DNA of 54,568 nt, the filler included, from Catajapyx aquilonaris (lineage: Eukaryota), in NCBI GenBank assembly GCA_000934665.2. It is 2 parts of 2 records of this genome, joined end to end, with 100 filler letters (N's around TTAATTAATTAA, not from the genome) between each part and the next. Parts side by side here need not be neighbours in the genome. Positions count along the whole stretch, not along the records: positions 1 to 27,253 come from KZ539283.1; positions 27,354 to 54,568 come from KZ539284.1. One strand, given 5' to 3'. The notes below the pieces were generated by a model that was not told where the DNA came from, searched no databases, and saw nothing but the letters and a program-made list of their open reading frames with translations. Made by a program: the position numbers and the translations under genes. Below are positions 25,201 through 39,039 of this stretch, one piece after another. Numbering within the stretch: position 1 is the first letter of the stretch; the number at the start of each line of letters is the position of its first letter.

Positions 25201-26679
25201 ACAGTTATTCCTAATTACGTGAATAGGAATGTCAACGGCTATAATTAATACAAACATTTCCCCACATAAACCGCAATTCTCCAATAATGAATATCAATCA
25301 AGTGCAGTTGATAATTTCCAATGACCAACCTCTCTATCTATAGCATCTGCCTTCCAAGTTAATGACATTATATTCTGACCGCCAGGTCACGGCCCCGAAG
25401 TATTACTTCTCGCTTCTCCAGCCTCACGTAAAATTGCACAAAGAGGAAATTCGACGAAGTCGTATTGGTTGCTAAGCATTAAACTTGCATGGCCTCCTTG
25501 CCATGATGGAGCTAACCTATTTGGAGGCCCGCCTCGTCTCTTTACTCCTTTCAAACTTGCTCAAATTGACTACAGACAACTTTATTACATAGTTTCCGGT
25601 TCCATAACTACGTTAAAAAGAGGGCCAAGTTTTGTGAAAGGGAGCGACAGTGTTAAGATGCAAGAGACAGGAGGATGAGAGAATCAATCAGGCATTAAGA
25701 TTTTTCAGGTGGTTAGCCTGGGATTCGGAAAAACCTATTCTGGTTCGCACATGTTCATCCAAAGGAACCAATGGATAACCCCAAAAATACGTTACCAGTA
25801 GCAGTTAGTTACAAGCGCCATATATGAAAATTAGTGGGTGATGGGAGGTTACTAAACAGATTTTGAGGCCAAAATTTGCCAAGTGTGGTTCGCTTCTCAG
25901 CCAGACAACCAAGGTAATCGAATTCACCTCGACTGACAAATTCCGTCAAAGACATGCCCTCACGGAACCCTCTTCTCGCCTGCCTTAAATCCCGACTCTG
26001 CAGGAGGGTGTCCATTTCCGACTAATCACATTCGACTCCTCTGAATGCTGCTCTAATTGCATTTAGCATTCCTGGTAGGCTTCCACTTTTGGTCTCTTGC
26101 TGGCCTCATTTCTCACCCCGGCTGCCTGCAGGGTTATACCGGATTTTTCGGGCCTGACGTTTTCCAAATGACATCCATTCAAATGAGAAGTGCGGAGTCA
26201 CCCACCCTCCCCACCCCCTGTTTTTCATGCGCACCACACAGTACTTCCTATGGTGCAAGGCTTGATTATCAAAACAACTTCCATATGAAAAGGTCTACAT
26301 TGGGTGAAGCCTGGTGAAGCTGTATAGTTTATGTTCATGTATGTCGATCAATATTTCGCGAGAATCCTGACGAAATTTTCTTAAAGCTAAATTGTCCAAT
26401 AATAAGCAACCCAAATGCCAAAAGCCAAAAAGATACTCAAAGCACTACTTTTTACCCTGATGGAAACATCTAACGTGTAGGCCTATTGTCAATTATCATA
26501 AGCAATGTGCGAAATATTTCTGAAAAATTGTGTGCAAGTCGTTGTCCGGATCTTTTTGGCGAGTCTAGTTATGCCTTTTGACCCCAGAACTGTGCGGTAA
26601 CGTAAATCAAAGCGGTACGATTTTTTCTGTCAAAAAATATGCCAATTTAAATAGTTTTCTCGATATACAGTAAATCTGC

Positions 26680-26850
26680 AGCTAAGGTGGTAATAAGGTG
26701 TTCGGCCGATTTCAATTAGGAGGGTTTTGAGTTCAGTTCCGACGGGCAGGTGACCAGACCAAGGTTTTCTCTAGTTTTCCTTGGTTAGCTTCAGGCATAT
26801 TCCGGCATGGTTACAATAAAAGGCCACAACCGCTTCTCTCTCTCCACATT
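26680..26850 (+). mobile_element. Old SINE sharing the family B core
   Basis: Degenerate A/B boxes, then GGTTTTCT...TTCAGGCATATTCCGG...AGGCCACAACCGCTTC, matching the family B core GGTTTTCT...AGGCCACAGCCGCTTCC. Confidence 0.65.
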
Positions 26851-26922
26851 CTTCCTTCTTCCAGTTGTAATATTAAAATACGACTAGAAAAGCACAACAA
26901 AGGACAACGAACTGGATAAGTT

Positions 26923-27043
26923 CGTTATTGTTGTTGTTGGTGGGCCACCACCAACAACAACAATGTGGTGGTGGCGGCGGCGGTGGGTGTTATTGTTGTT
27001 GTTGATGATGATGATGGTGGTGGTGATGTTGATGATGATGATG
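26923..27043. repeat. Compound trinucleotide microsatellite (GTT/GGT/GGC/GAT/CAA)
   Basis: Visible runs of these triplets. Confidence 0.9.
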
Positions 27044-27253
27044 AATAAAATCATCATGATCTTTAGAAGACAGTAACTTGACATATTTGTGCATTCCTTG
27101 ATATAGCCATGGCATCTACACATACTGTAATGCAAAATGACCCCTTCATCACAAGGGCTTTGTTCTATATGAACTTTCAGAACACTACATCGTCTGAAGA
27201 GTTATGACAAGGGCTAGGCTATGGCTAGTTAGGGGTCGTCCATATACCATGTG

Positions 27254-27353
27254 NNNNNNNNNNNNNNNNNNNNNNNNNNNNNNNNNNNNNNNNNNNNTTA
27301 ATTAATTAANNNNNNNNNNNNNNNNNNNNNNNNNNNNNNNNNNNNNNNNNNNN
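27254..27353. other. Assembly gap with TTAATTAATTAA linker
   Basis: N runs surrounding TTAATTAATTAA at 27298-27309. Confidence 0.95.
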
Positions 27354-30300
27354 CGCCGATATCACCAATACCGGTCTAAATTAGCTCTCAAAATACGCCA
27401 GGTCATCCCACTAAATAAGGTGTAATTGCGAAGTTGCTTGGTGCACGTTGGACATTCTCTTATAGTTTCACTACTCGGGCGATACACTTTATTTAACTGG
27501 CGAAAAGCTGCTGTAAAGCTATTGGCGGACTTTCCTCTCCCTTTTATGTTGTCCAAGACGTCCGTGTCAGTCCCCAGTGAAAGGGGCCGTATTATTATTA
27601 ATGTATTGCAGCCATGATGTGCAGCAGTGGGACATCATTACGGAGACCCATTTCCAGATGCGAAATAATTATAATGTCGCTCACAGCGACTTCACGACTG
27701 GAAAGATGAAGGAACTGCGTGCTAGGCATGCTTAGAAGGATTGACGTAGACTCGGCAGTATCAGGGTCATTAATTATATTTACTTAACTAGCATTTCGTG
27801 CGATACTGCATGATATCATTTCCGGAAAATTTTCATGAAGTGAAGTAATGGAGGAGAACCGATGGTTCATGCCAGCATGTCATGGCGAGCGTAAATATTT
27901 TCTGTCACTTGCTGTGTAACAATAAAACAACACGTTTGAGAGCTTTTTAAAGTAGTATAACTTATATATAATTTGCCATGGGATTTATGATCATCTACCG
28001 AAACTTTTAACTGCAGATAGTAATCGTCAGCGGTTGATAGCATGCGTACGTCCTGGTGAAAGTATATTTCCACTTGATAGGATAGTCCACAAAGAGAGGG
28101 ACTGAAACTGCTAACTTGTTTTTGTATACTTTGTTTCCTAATCATTTTACTCGTTGGTGGTGTCAATAGTAACGTAAAAACAGTATCATAGCAGGCCAAC
28201 AGCTTAAAATCTAATTCATTCTGGTGCCAACAAACCTTACCCTTGGATTTTTATTGCCCTTCTACTTGAGAAAACCGTGTCGAGGGCTACCAAAATGTGA
28301 GGTTACATAAAATACCCTCAGTTATCGCGATGAGTTGTCCAGAGTGGGTGGAATTCACATTATAAGGTAGTGGACAGGATTTGTCTTCACAGAAAAATCC
28401 AACTATAATACTATACAAGATAAATGTTAAAATGTCCAAGCAGAAATGGTCAGGTTCTCTTTGCTCCATATTTTATGCTTAGAGAATAATGTTTCTCACA
28501 CATGGGAGGTCTGACATTTCTTGTAGATCCGTATTCGATAATAGTCTTCACCCTACCACATGTGTCTTCCACCGTGCCAGTATGCGCACGGAGAGTTGTG
28601 TAGATTGTCCTTGTCCCTCTGTTTTTTTTAAAGACCAGATAAGGCTGGACAAAGAGGAGAAAGTGCAGGCCGCAATGAGAAAATCAGTTATGGGCCCATG
28701 GGTCCCTTGACAATAGCTTACAGACTCTGGACAAAGGATTGAGATGGAAATAGACATCAAGTGGAGCTACTATTTACACTGTGTAATGGCCGACGATTTT
28801 CGGATACACCCTGATATATTGCTTTACAGTTATTTCAGATCATCGCGATGTAATCCCAATTCTATTGTTCTTCGGAATTAAGTGATTCAATTACGGATCG
28901 TGAGATAATCGATTGAGCGCGAGAAAATGCACGGAATTCCTTGCGACTACTAACAATAGGGAGGAGAAAAAAAAAACTATGTTATACGTGTTTGAGGCAG
29001 TGAACTTCAGTCTATGTAAGTAAAGTCCGATAGCCGTTTGCCCAAGAAAAGTTCTTTAGCAGATCTCGAATAAAACATTGTATTAATATTATTCATGGAG
29101 ACGTAGACCTACCTGTTGCACACAAAAAGTATTGCTAATTTATCATAAAATTACAAACACACTGATGCTTCGTGGCGATAAGCATCTCATATTGACTTAT
29201 TGTGAACCCAGCAAAAAATATTGGGGCAATACATTTTGTTTCCGGTTGTTATTTCACTGCGCATAAAAAATTACTCTCATAAATACTTGTATTATTTTTC
29301 TGAAATCCATTCAACAATAATTTAAATCACGTCAACTGGACTAGGTGTCCATTTGTGTGAAGTCGAGGCACGTCAGGTAGGTTCGATGCAGTTATACTTT
29401 CATTTCCTCTTCCAGTCTGAAAACGCACGGAAACTAGATTGCTTTGTCTCCGAAGAGGTTGGAAGGCCTGTTGACTACAGTACAGTAGTTTAGTTGGCAT
29501 TCCACCCAGCTTGCCTTGGCCCGTTACTTTCTGACAGGGAAAAATATATGGGTGACTGCTATTAGTGAACGGAGGCTCAAAATGGAATGGGGATTTTTAT
29601 TATTATTTCATGCTCTATCTTTCAGCTGCACCGGTCCATCGTGCAATTATTGCCGAATAGAAAAAAAACCCGCGTCGCTTTGAAACAGCGTGTTTTGCAA
29701 ATATTCGAGATGTTTTTCCGCTTTCTCTAGTAGAAACATCTGAAGTTGACAAATTTGAGGACTTTTGCTACCACAATTTATGACTAAATGACACTCTTCC
29801 GAAGAGAAGTTTGTATTGCGTGAAACTAGTTCTCGATTTTAGAGGCTGTTTATCAGCACGACATGTCTGAGAAAGGCCATTAATTTTTTTTGTATCATCT
29901 CACAGTACTATGTACTTATATACTATAATTATTTGATCACATCTATCACATTGTGTAACATATCATGCATAAGTTCACGTCGAAGGATCTCGCTGTGTAA
30001 TATCATATGTACTGTACACGCCCTACGCGATGGTCAATGAAATGGGTCAAGTTGTCACCTAATCCCTGTCACAACATTGCGTACTAACTTTTCTACCCTG
30101 CACGTGAAGCGAATTATAATCGGCCGGTTTTTCGTCATTTGTTCTTCTTTATTCCTTTTTTTTTCGACTCTCCCCCCCTATAGTCTCCCTCAAGGTGAGA
30201 AAATGCACTTTCACTTTTATGGTCCGTATAACTGGTCCTTCCTCAATTCCGTCGACAGGTTTTCATACAGTAGGTGCACGAGAATCTCTTGACCTCATCA

Positions 30301-30864
30301 AGTCCGCTCATCGTGTCCCCCAAGAAGTATCATTACAGCGATCTGTGTCTAGGTGTAATAGGTACGGGACAGCGTGCCCATGATGCATTCCGAGGGCAGC
30401 CAAGCCGGACATGACGGTCACTTCAGGTCACATATTCAAGGTCAATACCGGAACAGTTGGAGGTGTCTTCCGTGTAGGAAGGAAAGGCGACCAGGAAGGA
30501 CAGTCATGTGTCGTCTCTCATTCACATCCGGTGTCTTCCTTGTGTCATATAGGTGCGTGTGTGCACTAGTTCCGCTACGGACTTGAGATTACACGTTTCC
30601 GTACGGTGCAGAGAATTATTTGCACGTTGTCAATTGTTCGAGACAACAATTGGACAAAGTGTTTCTTTTCCTGCGGAATTGAAATCGGATTCAGATGTAC
30701 TGTATGTTACCGCATACATCATGGTGCGCCAGAAGAGTGAAAGGTGGTTCCTAAGAAGCCATACTTTTGAAGACATTTTCTGTCTCGCTTCACTGTACTC
30801 TTAACCCATGAGCAGGTAAAAGAGCACGTCCATCCGGACATGTCGATGGAAAAGCGGAACGTGA

Positions 30865-30930
30865 TCCGACCCAGTGAGGGATCGAACTCATGACCTTCTG
30901 CTTGACTGGTCAGCAACCTTCTACAGTCCA
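30865..30930 (-). mobile_element. tRNA-like SINE head fragment
   Basis: Minus strand ...GCAGAAGGTCATGAGTTCGATCCCTCACTGGGTCGG contains a B box; no complete cloverleaf. Confidence 0.5.
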
Positions 30931-31629
30931 TAGAATGTAAACTCTCACATTGTGCATGAAGTTTATTTCGTGGTTCTATAAACCTAGCGCCAACACATAT
31001 TCTTACTACGGTTTAACATTTTATTCGACTCTTATACGGCATAACAACAGCACTGAAACAGTTTCCCCGCCATGTATTCCTTTCTAATCTTGATATATGG
31101 TGATTGCATCATACTGTACTATGTAGGCCTAAGTTTACCTCCTACTATAACACTAATTCGCCTTCAAAAAATATACTGTATATGCATATAGAGCCAGTAA
31201 ACGCTCATAGGCTGCATTCTGCTAAATTTTACATGCGTTTCTAATGTAAAGATTAGGTTAAACTTCCGGTGGGCAAACCTTCCAATCAGCCAAGAAAGGA
31301 AAAAAAGGAGTTGGGTCGAAGGACAACTCCATTTGTTCGTGGACCACACCCTCCCTCGGATATGTCTCAAGGCTCCTTGTTCTGTTCAACAGCCCATTTC
31401 TAGGGACCCTCTATGCTGACCATATTTTTTCCCCTAAGCTATAGTGAGGCAGTACTGCCAACACTGGCCCTCATTTTTGTGGCCATGAGCAGAAAGAGTG
31501 AACAAGGCACTGAGGAGGCAAAAAAGCAGCTGAAGATAATGAGCAAAATATTTTACAAGGTCGTTCTAAGTTTATGCATCAATTGGAAGACGTTAATGAC
31601 AGATTTGAGCTCTCTCTTTTGTTTTTCAG

Positions 31630-31727
31630 AAAATATAGCCAAAGCTATAGCAAAATTCTTGCAATACAAATTGAAAGACTACCAGTCAGTTTGTGAGAGT
31701 GACAATCCAGTTGTGGTGACCTGCTAA
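31630..31727 (+). CDS. Candidate downstream exon compatible with gene A (KNIAKAIAKFLQYKLKDYQSVCESDNPVVVTC*)
   Basis: Strong acceptor CTCTCTTTTGTTTTTCAG and open frame for phase 1; linkage to exon 1 is unproven. Confidence 0.2.
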
Positions 31728-32283
31728 GCTATTTATATCACTAGAAGGTTGCTATAGTCAGTATTCTGGCTTTTTCTTCCCATTTCCCATGTCACTAACA
31801 GTCACGTGTGGAAAATCTCATAGTTTCAATATTATGTAAACATGTTAGATCGGACCTTCTGTGGCCTTCTGTGTATTATTTCCTGTGCAAAAAGAATGAT
31901 GACATTCACGCTTATATAGGATATAATTATTTCCAATCCCACAGTTAGTTTCAAATTTCCAATATTCGAAACGACAAAATAATGTCCGATTTAGAGTTTT
32001 AGCTACTAAGGCATTCAGTCAACTCCTTCTGTTGGAAAAAGAATTTGATACAAATATTTTACATCTGTTCAAATGAGCTGCCTTATAAATACATTAATAA
32101 TATTACACATAATTTTATGTTCAACATTATTTTGTCAGTAAAATATAGTACTGGTACGATACGTACTGCGCAACCAACACGAAGTGTTTTCTGGGGGGGA
32201 AATGTGCCTCATGACTTTTTGGACATGCCCATAGTTTTGCCTTGAGGGGGATAAAACATAAAAGCGTGTGGGGGTGGTTATAA

Positions 32284-32353
32284 TGGGTGATGATAATGGC
32301 TGATTCTCACTTTCCTATACCTCCCATATACAGGCGGAAATAGACGGGCCCGA
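32284..32353 (+). repeat. Short dispersed repeat, copy 2
   Basis: TGGGTGATGATAATGGCTGATTCTCACTT...GGAAATAGACGGGCC aligns with 20912-20977. Confidence 0.7.
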
Positions 32354-32710
32354 TGTGTTGTTGCGCAATTTTATCGTGAGACACTACATGTTGGTCACGC
32401 AGGAACGAGGAATTATTTTCAAATATATTTTTCATTTTGATAAATAAACATACTTAGGGCAGAGTTAGGGAAAATCTCCGGTTTTTATAGGTATTCACAA
32501 TGCATAATTTGACATCATCGGAAATTTTCTCCTTCATTTGTGTTTGTGCAACTGGCACTTAGTTGTCATTACTAATAAATGACAGAATTATAAATTACAT
32601 TGCAGTGGTTAAATAACGCAGTGTGAAAATATTTGAACTAAACTCATTTCAGTTGATTTGTTGCATGTTATAGACAGATACAGTGTCGATGAAATACATA
32701 ACAACATGTA

Positions 32711-33110
32711 TACGGTGTGTTTAATAATTTAGCTCTCAAGCATCTTTATCGGTGAAAATTTTGCGAACTTTCGCCTGAGTCGTCTCATCTTTAAATTTGG
32801 CGTATGCGTAGTTATATGTAAACCGTTGGAAAGCATAGCGTTTGTTGAGCTTTCCAATAATGTAACTACGTCATTCTCTGTTCCACTTAATAGTTTTCAA
32901 AAAAAGGTGTTTGTTGGAGATAAAGCTTAGAAACCAATATCCTCCTCAGAGAAAAAATACAGCATAATGATATCATTTAACAAGAAATTACTATCTCGTT
33001 TCCGGTCTTGCATTGCATGATAAGATATTAATTTGTTTGAGGTTTCCAGTATCACATTAATTAACACGACCGGTGCCACAATAAAAAGTTCTCGTGTTAT
33101 GGCTTCCATT
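32711..33110 (-). mobile_element. Possible decayed Tc1/mariner-superfamily transposase C-terminus
   Basis: EAITRELFIVAPVVLINVILETSNKLISYHAMQD follows the spacing of the transposase C-terminus seen at 51215-51640; TACGGTGTGTTTAATAA resembles a terminus. Confidence 0.3.
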
Positions 33111-33334
33111 CAGCAGACAAAGTGTATCATAGCTCTAACATGTGGACTATATCATATTATATCTATATAATTGATGTCATTGATTCAATTAATAACAAGT
33201 CAGTTTTTATAGTAGTTTATTAATGAAGGGCTTTCAGGCTTTATTATACTAGTATTACGATGATGCATAAACACATAGTTTACATCCAGTGTTGATAAAG
33301 TACTGTATACGGGTATAAAATGCACAAAAAGACC

Positions 33335-33460
33335 CAAAACGGGAGAAATCCAAGAAAATCCACGCGAACACGGAGAGAATCCATCAAAACTCTCCCACGT
33401 ACAGTAGCAAAACCCTTTTCCCGATCAAGGCCTTTATAACTGCACCGCCTTGCCGCCCCG
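33335..33460 (-). mobile_element. Family C (V-domain-like) SINE fragment
   Basis: GGGAGAAATCCAAGAAAATCCACGCGAACACGGAGAGAATCCATCAAAACTCTCCCAC aligns with 12895-12960. Confidence 0.55.
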
Positions 33461-33729
33461 GATATTGTTATTTTCAAATTCCAAATGACGTAATTCCAAA
33501 CACGACAAGAGCAAACAGGTTTAACCACCTTCTGAATTATTAGGCTCTGCTAGCCCCTGCTGACAATATTCTTCAACCGGTACTGTGCGTATTCTCGTCG
33601 TAACAGTGACTATTTAAAGCTTTCTTCGTCAATTTAACCGTCTCTAATAATTTTTGAACCACTATAGTTGTATATGTATTTATATGCATGTAATATGAAA
33701 TCAAAAACAATGAAAGTGACATTACTAGT

Positions 33730-33765
33730 CCGAAGAGGTTAAACTATCTTATAGACCGAATAATT
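33730..33765 (+). ncRNA. Degenerate hammerhead-ribozyme-like relic
   Basis: CCGAAGA-GGTT-(13 nt)-GACC-GAAT; same stem II as the 46.2-kb copy, with two core substitutions. Confidence 0.3.
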
Positions 33766-35257
33766 CATTCCATTCTAACGTGTTCATCTCTATTCTTTCT
33801 TAGTAGAGCCATGATAAATTATTTTCTAACAACTTATTATGTTGAATTTGCTTTGTAGCAGTATTTGCAAGCTGAAGTAACTATTGTAGTAATTTTTAGA
33901 GCAAATAAAAAAGCGCGTGCGTACAAGTATGTTACATAACAAAGCCCAGTTTCTGGTCAATTGGTAGCTTTCACCCAACAGGCTTCTTGTTAGAAAACGT
34001 TTTGCTTCCCATTTTCAACATGAAAAATGTAGTCATGGTTGAAGGGCTTTCTACTAGTTCATTTTTCTACATTGCCGCTGTACATCGCATGACTCTAAAT
34101 TTTTAATAGGTGACCAAATACGTGCCATGTACTCTATGTTTCTATGTAGGGCAGAGACTCTCAATTCTAAAAGCCGTCTGGTTGGCTGAGGCAATATGAA
34201 GTTCTCCGACTACACTATGTCAGATTTATTGCTATACAATTATTTAATGACTCGAAAGAACAAAAGGTCTAAAGTAATATTTGGAATACAGTAATCTTTT
34301 TATTTATGGAATCAGTAAATTGGCCACATTGCTTGGATCTCCATCTCAGATTTTTGTTGATTGTGACGTGTCAGCGACTATTTAGTTTGACAAGCAAATT
34401 TTTTTATTATGCGCTTCTTACACTCTGTTGGACTTCGGCCATTTTCAATTTTCTATTATTTTTGGTCACTCGATTCTAGCCATTATACTGCACTATCCTA
34501 GTTTTTATAGATCATACCCCTCGTATGCTGCAGAAATATTCAGGGCCTGTTCTATCAACTAAAATTAAGAGAAAATATCTGATTATGTAGCCTCCTGCGT
34601 AGTACACCAGTACATAATAATCGGATATTTTCCCTTTGCGATAAGACTGGACATCAATGTATTGCATTTTTATTTAAAAATTCTGACTTAATCACTAGCA
34701 CATAAAAGTGACTTCTAGCCCTACAGCAAAACTTTGTGAACCAAAATAAAATATTGCCACAGCAAACTCGGAAGAATAAATTCATTCTACAAAATTTGCT
34801 GGAGGACCTACCTCTACCCCCATTATGTGATAGGCTCAGGTACACGACAGTCATGAATCTCTCATTAGTGATCCGAGACCAGGCTTGAATATTTGCCCAG
34901 CCAGCAGGAAGAGTGAAAGAGAGAAAATGTTTGACCTCCTTGATCGCAGCAGCCGACAATTTATGGGTCCACTAACCGGTCTGTCCAGTTAGGATAAATT
35001 TAGACTCGTAGAAAACTCCTGGGCCAAACACACCAGTTTGCATCTATTTCAAATTCCATGAGGTTACACGCCCAGGGAGGTCAAGTCACTTAAGCCTGAG
35101 TATGTTGAGCAAGGCATGTGCTTCTTATCCAAAAGTGACTTCCTTGTGCCGACCACTGACATTACTTTGCACATTGTAAGAGTAACATTGAATATCACAA
35201 AGTAGACTGTACTTTCTATTGAAAAAAGTAGTAGTTATTTATCCGCGCGAAAAAAAA

Positions 35258-35325
35258 TTATTTATTTATTTATTTTATTATTTAGCTTTACCCCATTGAG
35301 GGAACAGCGCCCTTTTAGGGGGGTG
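35258..35325 (-). mobile_element. Retroelement 3' tail resembling the SINE family B terminus
   Basis: (TTTA)n then TACCCCATTGAG...CTTTTAGGGGGG, compared with TACCCCGTTATC...CTTTAGGGGGG in family B. Confidence 0.4.
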
Positions 35326-36648
35326 GATTACCCCCGTTTTAAAGAAAATAATTTTATACCGTATTTTTAAAATATAATTTGGATAAGATGAAGAGACCTT
35401 ATAGAGTGTTGTCTGGTCGCAATTTTTCTGCACGCCTCACGAGCGGAACCCAAAATTTATTCTACACGTGACTGATAAATCCTCCCAAGTATTCCCATGC
35501 CAGTAGTCATTTGCACAGGTCTGTGATTCAAGCGACCCCATTTCTCACACTAACACGGGCCGACTATGGCCTTGGAGGTTTTTCTTTGTTGTTTCAGTTC
35601 CCTAGGTAAGTAGAAAGGAGGACCACACCTTCTGATTGAGAAAACAACGATTTTCCCAATTGCCCATTACATTGCTGCTATTTCGATACGCTTATTATGG
35701 GCAGCATAAATTGAGATATGAGCACTCGAGTGCTAACAAGTTTGTTAGTGACACCACGATGAACTTCAGCCATATTTGACAACAAATAATGACACGGACA
35801 TATTGTCTGTGAGGCATTTCTGACGTTTTATGGCAGCCGTCTGACAGATAATAAATAGAATTATGCACACATCACTTATCAGTCAACAGGGGAAGCATGT
35901 CACGCCTTTCTATAACAGCAGGTCAATTAATTACGTATTATTTCCCTCAATCTTGGCCAACTTCTGTGGTGACTTATTGTTTTAATTCCCAGTACGACGT
36001 ATGTGCATTACATTGTGAAAAAGAAGATAAAAGGAAATAGCCCGGATTCCCGGAGTAGAACCCGCACTTGAGGACCTAAATACCATAGCTATGGCTTGGA
36101 ACCAAAGAAGAATAATGGCGTTAACGCGGAGGCAATATGTTTCGCTTGAGAATGGTGCATTTCAAGTAGGCCGTACCGCACAGAAGTTTCTTAATTACCT
36201 TCGCACTATAAAACGAACAGCCTGCTCAACCCGTCAAAAAAGGGAGATGTAAAATATTCATTTGGAGGTTCTAAAATTCTCAGTAGGCTAATATTGTCAA
36301 TGCTATAATATTCGAGAAAATAATAATATAATTCGCATGTAAGCACAAGAATGCAACTGATAGCAAAAAAATCTTGGAAAATTAACTTGGAGCCCCATAA
36401 ACTTTTCAAAAAATCCTTTCATTATAGAATTAGCAATATTAACGTTAATAGTGCAAGTAGAAGTAAGCTTCTTAATTAGTTTCGTCACCTGTGCTTTACG
36501 TCCTGCTGCCCTTCTCGCCTGTGACGTCAGTGTGCCACAAAGCGAATGAACAGTGCAATGGTCGCCTGCAGGGTACACCACCAAAAGCCACCCATTCCCC
36601 ATCCCCACTACACACTCCCTGCCTCCCTTGCCCCCCCCTCCCCCCCCC

Positions 36649-36858
36649 NNNNNNNNNNNNNNNNNNNNNNNNNNNNNNNNNNNNNNNNNNNNNNNNNNNN
36701 NNNNNNNNNNNNNNNNNNNNNNNNNNNNNNNNNNNNNNNNNNNNNNNNNNNNNNNNNNNNNNNNNNNNNNNNNNNNNNNNNNNNNNNNNNNNNNNNNNNN
36801 NNNNNNNNNNNNNNNNNNNNNNNNNNNNNNNNNNNNNNNNNNNNNNNNNNNNNNNNNN
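36649..36858. other. Assembly gap
   Basis: N run flanked by poly-C and poly-G. Confidence 0.99.
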
Positions 36859-39013
36859 GGGGGGGGGGGGGGGGGGGGAGATGTTTTCAGAAAGCCACAG
36901 TCCCGTTTTGCTAGACTGTAGGCGGAAAACAGTGCATTTGTACCACGTAATAAAATATTTCTTCCATATTGTTCAAGTATAAAGAAGTGTATAGTATTGG
37001 AGAAATGACTGATATAAGTGTACACTCAAATTATTAAATAAATTTATTTGGCAACACCAGGTATCGATTTTTTATACGTACCGATAGTACACCGTCATAC
37101 CAGAATGACCCTTCCAACGCATAATATATTTTCCATCCGGAAGTATCCTGTAGTTGAATTTTTTGTGCGCACGATTTTCTTTGTAAAAAGTATGTTTTAA
37201 ATGTCTTGGGGAACATGCTTTCCATAGAAACTGGGACCTTTTTACACCTATATCTGCTGGTAGACATAAATGAGTATGGAAGCATTGATTTCGCCATTCA
37301 CAACTATACTGACTGGAGGCATATTTAATTCATAAATGAGTGTACTGTACTACTGGTCTCAGTAAGCTTTAATTTTTTATATTCAAAACCATTAGATCCA
37401 CATTTGGGGAACCCATTTCACTAGCTATTATCCTGAGGGACCTGAGCCCTTCAAAGCATGCATATGCTAAAACTCTGGAAAGGGTCCAGGTCAGAACAAT
37501 ATGATGTCAGGTATAATAATATCTTCAATATTATAGTACGTTTACATGAGGATGTGCGTGTTAACGTGCTAATATTGTTGCAAATAATGATACCTAAAAG
37601 TAAGCATACCTTTGGCCTTTCACGGTTTTTCTGAATTATTAAACAGTGCACGTAGAAATGTATATGAATTAAACATTAATGAATAACGGGTGGGTGTCAA
37701 TACCACCCAGGATTGCTCTCTGCGCAGTCCTCACAAAACAATCCAGATTTTTTTTTGACAAATTTTCCTCTCTTTAAGAGGAACTTTTATAATCAAATCG
37801 GAGTGTGGTCATATGAATTCTACTACATACTTACGGTTCAAGAACGTCAATGCAATGAGACATTCTGACATCACTAAAAAAACCGGAGTAGGAGAAGGTC
37901 GTCAACATCGCCATTTAAAGTTATTCCGTTGCCGTCGTGGTTTATTTTCAATCAATACAGCCCATCACAGTTTGCAAACCGAGATATAAAAAGTCAATGT
38001 GGGCTATCTCAAAAATTTAATGCATGTGATGTCGCATACCTCTCAAAAGAGCAAACATTTCAATTATTATTCATGCTATGGTATTTTAAGAATATTTCTT
38101 TTGTTGAAAACATAAGTAATCGCATGAAAATGCAAGACGTATAATGAACCAGTATGTTATAAAATCATTTGAGTGTCAATTCCCCATATAGCCTATATAT
38201 ACTCTATAATACTCCCATGTTCTACAATCTGACGCAATGCACCTCACTTGTTCCATATAAACTGGCAGGACAAGAATAACTGCTTCCAGAGGTCAATCTT
38301 CCAATGACCTTGATTGACTTTCATCGAAGGCTGTTCTAGATCGACTCTCCTCATTTCGATTGCGATATTAATTGTCACGTTTACTTTCTTCTTCCGGCTC
38401 TCAAAACATAGCTCATTACGATGACCAGCATTTATCTGCCAGATATTTGCCGATTTTCTTTCTTCCTTTCCTCTATATCAACTTCACTGTCTCTCTCAGA
38501 TCAACTTTCTCCGCGCCAATATTGGTTGGGTCGGAGGTCAGAATGAATGCCTCTCTTTGCTTTCCTTTCGTTTTTTTGACGGGTATGGCTACGTTCAGGA
38601 GGTCACTGACCACCTTCCCTGGTCACTTTTCTCCCTATTTTCATCGACGTTGGTCATCTACACCTGCAGCCTCATTTGGTCTAGTCTTTCTCGTCCATTT
38701 CGGTTTTGAAAAAAAGCCAAAGTATGGAGGGGACCTCCTTATTTTGACCTAAAGTAAAAGTTGAATGTTGGGTCAGTCGGCAAGATGCGAAATTTTTACC
38801 ATTTTTTTGTTCATTTTACTCATGTGCAACAAAATTGCTGTTTTCTCCGATGAAAGCACCTATCAAAAGGTGAAATTTGTGACCTCTCACCCAACGTCTG
38901 ATCATATTATAGCTGCAGAAAATAATGGGTTACCATCGCCCCAATTCGATGGTCACTAGGCTTTCATCCAATACAAGAATGATGAACTAGGCCAGGCCCA
39001 AAAATAACCAGTC

Positions 39014-39039
39014 ATTGGCTCACTTTGTGACGTCACAAA
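39014..39039. promoter_or_regulatory. Inverted CCAAT plus extended CRE palindrome
   Basis: ATTGG followed by the 16-bp palindrome TTTGTGACGTCACAAA (39024-39039). Confidence 0.3.

Noticed and set aside
27298..27309. TTAATTAATTAA isolated inside N runs
   Set aside because: It looks like an all-frame-stop scaffolding linker, not biological sequence.
30205..30310. Minus-strand KRFSCTYCMKTCRRN, resembling a C2H2 zinc-finger start
   Set aside because: A stop follows immediately and the His pair is missing; cannot be distinguished from chance.
36303..37025. 240-aa and overlapping ORFs; poly-C/poly-G pair around the gap
   Set aside because: Gap artefacts; homopolymer flanks are typical short-read dropout points.
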